Below are positions 12,999-22,959 of a stretch of 36,211 nt of DNA, piece by piece. The position numbers were made by a program, and so were the translations under genes. Every line of letters starts with the position of its first letter. Within the stretch, counting starts at the first letter, position 1. Under the pieces are notes generated by a model. That model worked only from the letters and a program-made list of their open reading frames with translations. It was not told where the DNA came from and did no database searches. The stretch comes from Bigelowiella natans CCMP2755. Its lineage: Eukaryota > Protista > Cercozoa. The stretch is taken from contig ADNK01000535.1 of assembly GCA_000320545.1 (NCBI GenBank), positions 1 to 36,211 on the forward strand, given 5' to 3'.

Positions 12999-13835
12999 TT
13001 CTCTTCTCAATACGTCTTCCATCTAGGAGGACATACGGCACTTGCTCTCGGCGCACTATCCAGAAGCAAGATACTGCGTAGGAACAACTAACTATTAACA
13101 TCGTTCCTTTGCACTGCTATCACCACCAGCCTCGTCATCGCACGACGCCCTCTCACGATCACCACCATTTTCCAATGAAATGATAACACGAACGCAGATC
13201 TTGCACCAGAAGCTCCAGGCCCTTCAATTCTGTATTGACAGATGTAGGAAGGAGGAGGAGGAGGAGAAGAAAGGGGATAATAAGGAGGTGAGGGCCAGTG
13301 CTCGAGCCCCAGCTCAGAGTAGTAGTAGCACCCTGCGCTTCCCGGACAGAGAGGTGGTATTAGAAACTGCAGCAAGGATGTGCCTCTTTCCCCCCTTATC
13401 CTCCTCCTCTTCCTTCTCCTCTTTCTTTTCCTCCTTCTTATCTCCGTTCGCCTCCTTCCTCGGTTCCCCTCTCCTTCTACCCTCACACAAAATCCTTTTC
13501 ATCCTAATGCAACCGAAAATTGAAGCATTTCTGCTGTGGTTTGGTACTTCTGGATCTTCTTCCTCCCTCCTCCTTCTCCTCCTCCTCCTCCTCCTCCTTG
13601 GTTTCTCGGAGAACAGGCGTGCGAGAGTAGCGATGACTCTGATGATGATCATGGTGAGGACGTCGTCGATGATGAAGATGATTGATGATGATGAAATACA
13701 GCATCGTGGGAACGAGGATGGTGATGTTCTCGGTGGTGGTGGTGGTGGTGGTGGTGGTGGTGGTGATAAACGCTTCCTTGGATGACTCTATCTCGCTGTC
13801 AAACAAAGTCAACGTCTACTTGATATTCACATATG

Positions 13836-13890
<55 letters not shown>

Positions 13891-15156
13891 ATTCTACTGC
13901 AATATTGATATTTCCGAGGTGGTTTGCGATGATGATCTCACGACTGCCATATTGATGTGTTGCGGATGCTTGGATGGTACAGGGTCCTGCGATATGAAGC
14001 ATGAGAATAGCCGTGACGATGGCAACGGAAAGCAGCATTTAGGCGGTGGGAAAAGGGGGTCTCTCGTAGACCCGGAATTGCAGGTACGCGCGCGCCTATG
14101 CACCAACAATAAGCAATGTCGAGCGAAGGGAAAACTACCACCTGCGTAAAGATTTTGCTGCCTAAATCTCCTCCTCCTCCTCCTCCTCCTCCTCCTCCTC
14201 CTCCTCCTTCTCCCTCTTCTACCGTTGCTGATGCCGCAACATCGTAGGATGTTCTAGGGCCCACCCCAGACGAGGTCCATGCCCTTACGATCCTTCTTAA
14301 GCGAAACGAGCATGATCTCCAAGCAACGATGGCCACCGTGAAGCTCCACTGGCGAGGCCTACACACGGCTATGCAGTCCTTCAAACACGCCAATCCAGGT
14401 ATGTGTGCGTGCATGCATGCGTGTGTGTGTGGCGAGTGTACACGACAGGACGTTACGTTCCTTTCACACACGTGCATAAGCGACGACATACAAAAAAACA
14501 ACTGCAGCATCGTGAAATACAACGCAGCTCGGCCATTCCGCTCGTCGTCGCCCTCACCTTTGTCACCGTTGCCGTCATCGTCGTCGTCGTCCTTGCCACT
14601 CACAACACAGCCGCAACATACATCGAATTCGAGAGCTGGAGGAAAAGGAAGGGGGAGGGGGGATCAGCGGCAAGTGCGACAATGGCCGCTGCTACACAAT
14701 GGCTCGCTCCGGTTGGACTTCGCGTGGCCCCGAGGATCATCGAGGCCTTATGGAACGACACCAGGCCCCTCAGCGTGCAGCAGCAACCGCCCGCCTTTGA
14801 ACCTGCAATGCTGGCGGAGAAGGTACTGAATGGAACAGGGTGATGAGTGCATGGGTTCATCGACGGCCATGCTGCATTGGCCTGATGCTGCTGCTGCTGC
14901 TGCTGCTACGACACAAGCCACCACCACCACCACCACCACCAGCCGCATCAACAATAGTAACGTAACTACTTTTTGTCATATCAGATTCTAGATTACTTGG
15001 AGACCATCTCACCGCGGATCCTATTCTCTACCCTCGGTGCTATTGCCGTGCACAATGCGATCGTATGCATGTACATGAGTGAAGGGGTACAGGCGGGGGC
15101 TGAGACGCCTCTAGGAGCTATCAGGCGCTTTGAGCGCGAAGTATTCTGCAAGGCCG

Positions 15157-15196
<40 letters not shown>

Positions 15197-15778
15197 CAAT
15201 GACGCGGCGAGGACGATGACGAGAAAGATGAAAAAGAAGGATGGGGAGAAGGAGGAACAACAAGATAAAGAAAGAAAACTGGGAGATCCAAAACTGCAGC
15301 TCAAGAAGGGGGCGGGTGATCTGACTGTGAAGGAGGAGGAGGAGGAGGAAGAGGAGGAGGAGGAGAAGCAGAAAAGGAAGCAAAGGAAACACATCTCCGC
15401 CGCCATAGCTACCACACAGGATTACTTCGAGCTGTTGCCTATGAACAAGAACGCTCTTCTCCAGATTTGCAGGTAGTCTCCGTTTATTAGTGGTTGCACC
15501 GTACAACCTAGCATGTCCAGTGATATATTATCCTTCACGATATGGATCATTTTCAGAATGCCAATCATCATAGCAATGTTCCCCCATCGTCATCGTCATC
15601 GTCGCCATCTATCCATCGCTGTTATGTATGAGACTATTCTCAATTTTCTTAGGCGATTTTGTGAGGTCGAACAGATAGTGTGCCGCGCTGCCTCGCTTAC
15701 GTATTGCCTTCCGCACAATCCTAATCTCGTTGACGAGATTCTCGTAAATGCAGAGGTGGTTTCATCCAGGAATAAGGC

Positions 15779-15814
<36 letters not shown>

Positions 15815-16010
15815 GTGGACGACTTGTAAAGTTCGCCTTTTTGTTGTATAACTTTGCAGCTCAATACCTGCGTGAAAAAGCATTCACACTTCGTTATTAT
15901 CGTCGTCGCCTCCGTCGTTGTCTATCTAGGTGCACGTGAAGGACGAAGACAGGGCATCGGTGGCTGCTTTCTTTGCAGAGGGAAAAAAAGGGTTATGGAC
16001 CACACACACA

Positions 16011-16080
<70 letters not shown>

Positions 16081-16522
16081 CAGGCTAGACATGAGGCAAA
16101 CACATAAAACATACAACAACATTATGCTGATATTACGTACACGTACCAATGGATTTTTAACTGTTCTCATCTCAATGGCGTGTAGGATGTTGAAGCGGCA
16201 GCGGAGTCGCGAAATGCCTGGAACGACGAAAAATCTTAAGAGCCTCCTCAATGTGTCGCCGGATGTAAAAGAATACATGTTTCAACTAATTATTCGAAGA
16301 GCAAAGCCCATCCCGGTAGCAGCGTCAGCGGCTTCTTCACGCCAATGCATCGACAGCGACTCCAAGAAGAGAGCTACTTCCGACAAGGATAAGCTCCGTT
16401 CAGACGGAAATATAGGCCATCACGGCGTGGATGAAGATGCAGCCTTCCTTGCTCAAAGGAGAGAATACGTATGCATTGAGCCGGATATCATGCGGTTTGC
16501 TAGCATATCTTCTGTGTATTGA
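8080..16522 (+). CDS. RAB3GAP1: Rab3 GTPase-activating protein catalytic subunit, many exons
   Basis: N-terminal FEITDFTCATSWERSVARVEEQLREWGL; internal LHQKLQALQFCI, MQSFKHANPG and LWNDTRPLSVQQQPPAFEPAMLAEKVLDYLE; C-terminal PDVKEY...REY...MRFA. These match the conserved Rab3GAP1 blocks in order. Stop TGA at 16520-16522. Confidence 0.9.
9136..9180. repeat. (CA)n(GA)n compound microsatellite
   Basis: Directly visible. Similar tracts at about 28806, 29764, 30244, 32757 and 33989. Confidence 0.9.
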
Positions 16523-17270
16523 GCTAGCCTAGATTCTAATCTGCTCGCGCATCGTGAGAGAGCTAGAGAGGTTGATCCAAATTCTATCCATCTCGTTGAA
16601 TAAATGAATACTTAACTGTAAATTTACTTAACCTACGATATGGCCGTACGTGATTTAAAATCTAAAAACTTTAAGATAGCTTTTGACCATACGACCATGC
16701 TAGCATGCAAAAATGTGGGGCATATCTAGCTAGCTAGATTAAGTGGGTACTGCAGATAAGCAAAAACAGAATGCATTATCGGACCATTTGACAGCGCGCA
16801 GGATGTTGATTTGTTGGCCATTGCACGACTTTTTGACGGTCGTGCTGCTAAGTGCATGCGTGCTAGCTAGCTAGCTAGGGTGCATAGCGTTTCAAGGTTC
16901 ATACATTTCTTGAGACATTTCTTGAGCATCTACAATTGCTAGCTAACTAGCTCTAGAGCTGGGACTGCTAGACTGCATCAACATGATGCAAGTTAGCAAG
17001 GCAACTCTTGGCGGGAACACATGTCATAGAAACACACACACATAGCACAGATGTTTAGGTGAGTGTGCATGCGCCTCGCTAGATCGCGTGCTTATTTCAG
17101 CATGTAGCATGCCATGGCAGTCTAGCAGTGTGTCTAGGTGTTAAGGTCGCCACATCTAGATGTACACAATTTATGCATTGAAAGGTCAATGCTTTGGCAT
17201 GAAAGACTATGCAAATATGCATAACATGCACGCTGTAACAAGTTGTCCACAATATCGACGTAAATCTAAC
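16523..17270. repeat. Convergent spacer 2, rich in CTAG/CATG/TGCA
   Basis: About 19 CTAG by hand count in about 750 nt, including (CTAG)4 at 16863-16878, plus many GCATG/TGCA. Confidence 0.85.
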
Positions 17271-17987
17271 TTAGACTGCTAAGGCTTTCAGCGCTTTCTT
17301 TGTGTCTTTCATTGTTCCCATAGCTACTCGTTGTTCCCGGAAGATCCGTGACGTGTGCGTCGTCACCATTTTACCGAACGTAAAGTTAGAGTTCGCGCTG
17401 ATAACTTGCATAGATCCTTCGTGTACCTCGGCTATGGCGCGCCAATTATCAGAGTTTTCCGGAAAGTCTTCACGCATGTCTCTCAATGTCTTGAGAACGT
17501 CATCGCGCATTTTCACGAACTTGGTAAATTTCTTCTGAGTTGGCCCCTTCTTTTCTTCCGGAAGTTTTTGCAATTCTTCTTTGCACTGGAGGATGTAGCC
17601 AACGGGCAGCGATATCATTGAAATTGCCTTTTTTAAGTCTCCCAGCTTCTTGTAAAGTTTCTGGGCCTCCGCTAATTTTGCCTCGAGTTTTAACCTTTCT
17701 AGATCGACCTTCTTCCCCTCTGTGGGTTTTTTGCCACCATCCTCCTTTGATTTATCCTCCTTTCCAGGGGGAGGTTTGTAATCTGCCATTGCATGAAGGA
17801 TTCGCTTCGCGTCGTCTTGCGAGACGCCCTCCTCTATCAGCTCATCAAGCTCAGCTTCAGCAAGTTCCTCTCCAATCATCTTGCACTTAGTGAGGGCTTC
17901 TGTCGACTCCTTAGATATTCCGAGAGTGCCAAGCCAGCTTTGCAGCTGCTCCATCCCAAGCTCTTTGACTCCTTCTGCACCTGCCAT
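17271..17987 (-). CDS. Intronless 238-aa protein with an N-terminal SAM-like domain and a helical C-terminus
   Basis: Clean ORF. VKELGMEQLQSWLGTLGIS...MIGEELAEAELDELIEEGVSQDDAKRILHAM fits the SAM pattern (WL..LG; G..L; L...GV....RIL). Confidence 0.75.
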   Translation of the reverse strand: MAGAEGVKELGMEQLQSWLGTLGISKESTEALTKCKMIGEELAEAELDELIEEGVSQDDAKRILHAMADYKPPPGKEDKSKEDGGKKPTEGKKVDLERLKLEAKLAEAQKLYKKLGDLKKAISMISLPVGYILQCKEELQKLPEEKKGPTQKKFTKFVKMRDDVLKTLRDMREDFPENSDNWRAIAEVHEGSMQVISANSNFTFGKMVTTHTSRIFREQRVAMGTMKDTKKALKALAV

Positions 17988-18334
17988 CTACCTTTTGATC
18001 AGTACCGTTAAAAACGTGTTGCCAGTAGTATTGTTGTTTGTGTTGTCTGTGCACTGCTGAAGGGTACCCCGAATATTTCGAGAGAAAATCTCCCATTTCG
18101 AATACGCTTGCGACAAGGCCACAGCCCTGGCGCAGCGCAGAAATCTTCTGTGCTTTCTGACCTCAGACACGCGTCGATGACGACACCTCCCCCGTATTTT
18201 CCCTAATTCCCTTTCATTTTTTGGTTAGTCGTAGATTCAAAATAGGGGACATTTTCTTCGAACCCATCGTTCTTCTCAGCAAAACCAAACACCGATCTTC
18301 CTCATCTTTTTCGCCCCCCTCCCGCGCCGCTCAG
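17988..18334. promoter_or_regulatory. Head-to-head spacer, putative bidirectional promoter (SAM / R-SNARE)
   Basis: About 350 nt between divergent ATGs, with T/A tracts and no CTAG seen. Inferred from position. Confidence 0.5.
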
Positions 18335-19500
18335 ATGTCGAGAGACGGTGGCGATGACCTTGTTGGAACCTTGGTTCGTTCTTTTTGCTATATCTCTATT
18401 TTGTTTCTATTTGGGTAGCATGAGAGCAAAGAAGAGTGTATGCGGGGAAATCATAACGTGAGATTTCTTTGCTTCCGAAAAATAAATCTGTTCATCACTC
18501 CCAAAGACTTTTATAGCTCATCATTTAAAATCCGATGGAGCAGTTTCGTAAAGCTTCATATTTTCATTTCTCAGTATTACTGGTATACTTTGTTGCCGTC
18601 CAGAGCAGCTGTGTGCAGGTGCCTCAGTTTTAATTCAAAGAAGGGACCCCGCTAAAATATAATTTCTGTTTTGCTCCCGATTAGATCAATTTCTCCCTAT
18701 GTTCCTGAGTGCTTCGATGTAAAGATATGCGCTGATCCAGATATACAGGCGCAAAACCCGTTGGTAGACACACTTACAGTCTGGATCTTGCCGCCTTTCT
18801 TCTTATGTTGCTTCTTCTTTTAGCTTGCTGAAAGCGATGACAACTTGGAAATAAAAGAAGGTAATACAGTAGCGACCTCACTTTCTGTTTGGATAAACTT
18901 AATTCTGTTTGTTGGACGTCTAGATGAAGGAGAGGAGGAGTCCTCAAGCTCAATAATTAGTGCGCAGGTTATAACTGTTTCTACCTACAAAATACGTTAT
19001 TCATATAAATCACTTTAGCCAACAAGAAATCTGCGCCAAACGAAGAAAGGACTAACCGGAAAGGTAGGATGATCACCAAATGCTATGAATATCGTACCAG
19101 ACCTAACGAAATGCTAATACGAAGGCTTATCGTGATGCTTTGCGAGAAAAGTACGGATTCGAGAAGAAGTCCAGAAAAAAGGACAGCTCTGGAAAGAATG
19201 TCAGTGTGATAGAGCATCGAATGGTGATTGTATTCTATTGGCCCTGTCTAAAAGATGTCATTCGTTAGATGATGCGGAAAAATGTGGAGGACCTTAATGA
19301 ACGGGGAGAAGCCTTAAGAAATACTGAAAACGCTGCGGAGGAGGTGATCTTCATTGTCATTCATACAGCGCTACCCTTCATCACTATTTTCTCCTGCACA
19401 TATCGCGAATACCTAGATGGCTGGACAGGCACAGAGTCTCGCTAGCATAGCCTCGAAAATAAAGTCAAGACAGAAGAAAAGAAGTTTTTTTGGATTATAG
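18335..19500 (+). CDS. Soluble R-SNARE-motif protein (tomosyn/amisyn-type C-terminus, no TM anchor), about 200 aa, about 11 small exons
   Basis: The last three exons (19125-19223, 19269-19343, 19417-19500) join in phase 0 via GT-AG introns and read ...IEHRMMMRKNVEDLNERGEALRNTENAAEEMAGQAQSLASIASKIKSRQKKRSFFGL*, with the zero-layer Arg in NERGE. Upstream exons can be joined in frame from ATG 18335, with lower certainty. Confidence 0.78.
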
Positions 19501-20056
19501 TATTTGGAACACTACACCTAGGCGGAACAATGATCACATATACAGAGCGGTCTATCCTGGAACGCGTGCGTCCAGGCCATTGCATGCGTTTTGATATTTT
19601 CTACTTATGGTTGATAATGATTTTCGTAAAATGTTTCATGTAAATGCTTATGATGAAGCTGTTTCCATGCCATGGCCACTAGCATGTAAGCAATAGTCAA
19701 TGTCTCCAATAATAATTACGGCCACACACGGTAGACATGCGCAATGTTCGCGAGCGCATGTTCTAAGTTACGTATGGAACATGCGTGTATCGTCTAGGGC
19801 TTATACATGATGTTTTGTAGCAGCGCGATGCAGGCATTGCTAGATTGATGGCGCTCTATCTGTTGTAGCCAATAAATTTATATATATATTAGCGCTATGT
19901 TACACATTCTGCAATGTCATCCACATGAGACTTAAGAATCCTATCTAAAGACTTTGGACTATCATTAGTAAAACCGTGAAACCCATCATTCCAATCCAGC
20001 ACGTTGTGTCGTATCATAGCCGACGCGCGACATCGCTGGGAAAGGTCTCTGGATTC
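19501..20056. repeat. Convergent spacer 3, dominated by CATG palindromes
   Basis: About 10 CATG and 4 CTAG by hand count in about 555 nt. Confidence 0.6.
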
Positions 20057-21716
20057 CTACTTTCCCTCATGATATACTTTTTCAGTCTTTTCAACGGAGC
20101 TGCTGTGGTGCTTTCCCTCCTCCTTCGTAACGGTATCCAAAAATTTCTTGAATATCTCTTCGTTACCAATTGCATCAACTTTCAGCGTTTCAACGTGCAG
20201 TGTAGACTGCAAAGCGATATGCTTTGCACAAATGGGCCTCCCTCTTCGCAGCAACTCTGCTTCTTTGTAGCTGAGACGAGAGGAAAAGGGATCCTTTTTT
20301 ACCTTGATGTGCAGGAGTCTGTAATTCTTTTGCGTTTTTACGAATTTTTGGACTTCAATCATGCTCATGAGGAATGGATCGACTTTCCACTGTAGGTGCA
20401 GTTCGCCACAGTTCTGGGGTGAACTCAAGAAGGATAAAAATAAATCACGAAGAAAGTTATCGTGCGTGAGAGTCAAGTCATGCTTGCCACCCTCCAAAAC
20501 AGCAACTAAGCCTCTATGCATCCCCTGAGTAACCATTGTCTCAAAGGCGTTTCCAGTTATGTTCTCTTTGCCATAGCCCGTTTTTTGGTCTTTCGCCACC
20601 TCGGCGGCAACGCTTCTGTTTGGCCCGAAATACGCGTCGTTGTCCCCAATAATATTCAGAGTGGGAACCTTCTTGCTGCCACAAAATTTAGCAGACTCTT
20701 TACTAGGCGTGAACTAGCAGTATTCGACGCTAAATGCAGAAATAATGCGCCCGTTGATCATCTGTGTAACCCAAGAACAGATATTAAGTTTTGTATAAAT
20801 ATTAGGATTCGGGGCTCACCTTTCCGTGTCTTCGGTCATTGTATCTGGCAACTGTCATGGCTCCTTCCGAAGTTCCAGCGAGAAAGACACCTCTTTTCTT
20901 GATGAAGACAGGAAGTCGATCCAAAATAACTCCTAACAGCGCGGCACGCTCCCTGAAAACTTTTTCGTAGAGGTCTTTGTACTTTATTGGATCCTCCAAG
21001 ACCGATTTCGATTTTGTAGAATACGCGCTACTTCCGACTGTTGTCGAAGTGTAAATGAGATTTTTGGACCAATAATCAAGATCGCTTTCGATTGTGAAAA
21101 GGCCTGCCGGATCTCGATGCCGACTAGACGACGAGGTCATGGCATCTGGTGCTATCACGACGTAGCCCATCGCAGCCCACATGCGAACGTAGCGCATATT
21201 GTTCACAGTCATACCACCGGATCCATGCTTGTAGACAATAAAACCTGCCATGTCCGCATATTTTAACTTATTCAAGACATCGAAGCTGTGCACTCGGCGG
21301 GTGACTTTTGCTCGCCAAATTTTCTGGACTGTGAAGAGTAATTTCATTTGTTTGCTATTGAGTTTCAACGGCTCGTTTTTATTGATTTTAGAGCGAAGTA
21401 CGTGGCCAACCCTCTTACGGTATCGAAGCAAATCTAAAAGGCGAAGCTGCCACAATCGTCCAAACCATAGTCTCTTCGGTTCACCTTTGTCGTTCATATT
21501 TGGAGTAAGACCAAGCTCCGCTACGCAGGTTTCTGGAAGCACGACGAACACATTGTCCATTATGCCCGATTTCATCCGAAACTTGGTGTCGAACAACTCC
21601 TTGTTTTCTATGATGTGCTCATATCGAGAATGAAGAGTTTCGCGGTAGGTCGGATGTACATGTTTCAAGTTTCTTGCCTTTCTCCTCGGCTTGCAGCAGA
21701 ACATGTTTCCCAACAT
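20057..21716 (-). CDS. Alpha/beta hydrolase (dienelactone-hydrolase-like), 2 coding exons, interrupted by an in-frame TAG (possible pseudogene, readthrough or base error)
   Basis: Exon 1 has IVYKHGSGG, WAAMGYVVIAPD and the nucleophile elbow FLAGTSEGA. After a 58-nt GT-AG intron (20819-20762), exon 2 reads MINGRIISAFSVEYC*FTP...VPTLNIIGDNDAYFG...LEGGKHD, supplying the probable catalytic Asp and His. Confidence 0.8.
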
Positions 21717-21857
21717 TTAATTTGGCTGGCTGATGAAGAAGAGGAAGAGTGTCGCAGTAAAGCACAGTAAGCAGTCGCTCTCGCTCTATCTATCGATTCG
21801 TAACGACGTGTGGCCACTTGTCGGTAGACCCTGCTGCTCAGATCTGCACCTGCACAC

Positions 21858-21895
<38 letters not shown>

Positions 21896-22363
21896 AACCA
21901 CCCAGGAGATAAATCATGCGCGTTGTACTACCGTACCGCAGAGTATCGGTAGTTATGGATTTTTCCGATTGATTGTCGCAGAGAAGGTTTCCACTCCCAT
22001 TCTTCAAGATGCAACAAACTTTGTTAAAAAACGGCTATACGTTCTCGAGTGTTCTTTTTTAGGTGTTTTTCTTCCAAATTCTTTTGGAAAGCAACAGCAG
22101 CTTGTGCGCAGTCGCCTGAACACGGCAAAATCATGACCCAGAAACATTGTACATAGCTTCCCCCGAGAGGTTCAGTGCACTTCGATATGTGACGCTCATT
22201 GGCATTTCTGTGTAAGATTCTACACGTAATTATACCTGTAAATACCATAAATTTATTTGCGGTAATTTAGAGCTTCTGCGACAGGTGAATCAAAAGAAGC
22301 CCTAACCCGAAAGGTGACGACCGTGGTGTGAGAGGTGGCACGAAGGGATCTCTCTCATCAGAG
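21717..22363. promoter_or_regulatory. Head-to-head spacer with putative bidirectional promoter and a probable 5' intron of the hydrolase
   Basis: Lies between divergent ATGs. Contains a (CA)n tract at about 21853-21893 like those in introns elsewhere, an AT-rich core at about 22200-22270, and no CTAG seen. Confidence 0.45.
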
Positions 22364-22918
22364 ATGATGCTCCCCATGCGTCGGAGAAGTATGGTGCGGG
22401 CTCATATCCTTTCCCTTCTCCTGTTCGGAGTCACCATTCGGCTGGCTGGCTGGTTCTTCCTCGATCATGCGCCGCCTGCGATTCTCGGAGGAGAAAGGAG
22501 CGCGAGGTGCACCCTGCTTGTGTGGTTGCTGTTTGTGTGGTTGCTGTTTGTGTGGGCATATAGCCAGGAGTGGATGTGGGAAATCAGATACACATCATTA
22601 AAGTTGCGATAACGTTTTACATTGTTGGTCAGCTACTCGAAGTACATGGCGGAGTACCAGCAAAAGTACGGAGCTTATGGGAATAGAGGCCAAATCCCAT
22701 CACCTTACCAACTCCCTCAATCGGCATTTGGAGGACAAGACTCCTCGAATCCTCCTCCTGTAAAAGATAGGGGTGAGAGCTGGAGAGCTCCTCCTCGGGA
22801 GGAACCCCCAAAGCTACAGAAGTCAATGGTCGCGAAACCTGCTTTTGGTTGCAATGATGCGGAGGATGTTGTTCTGCTTCATTATTATTATCGGCCTTCT
22901 CTCTCTTCCCCCCCCCCC

Positions 22919-22959
<41 letters not shown>

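Noticed and set aside
15775-15813. GC-AG intron at AAG|GCATGATG
   Set aside because: A canonical GT donor at about 15755 joins the next exon in frame.
8080-19500. Functional membrane-trafficking cluster (Rab3GAP plus R-SNARE)
   Set aside because: Only two genes, not adjacent and not sharing a promoter; compatible with chance.
20714-20716. Genome-wide reassignment of TAG to a sense codon
   Set aside because: I noticed no other in-frame TAG in the conserved exons I read, and TAG plausibly terminates the PLAC8 and R-SNARE genes.
22024-22248. 74-aa minus-strand ORF as a separate gene
   Set aside because: No recognisable motif. It is more likely leader or promoter sequence of the hydrolase, although a real gene here would break the alternation.
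22299-22308. Telo-box or telomere-like CCCTAACCC upstream of the S1 gene
   Set aside because: A single short match, not clearly repeated in the other divergent spacers.
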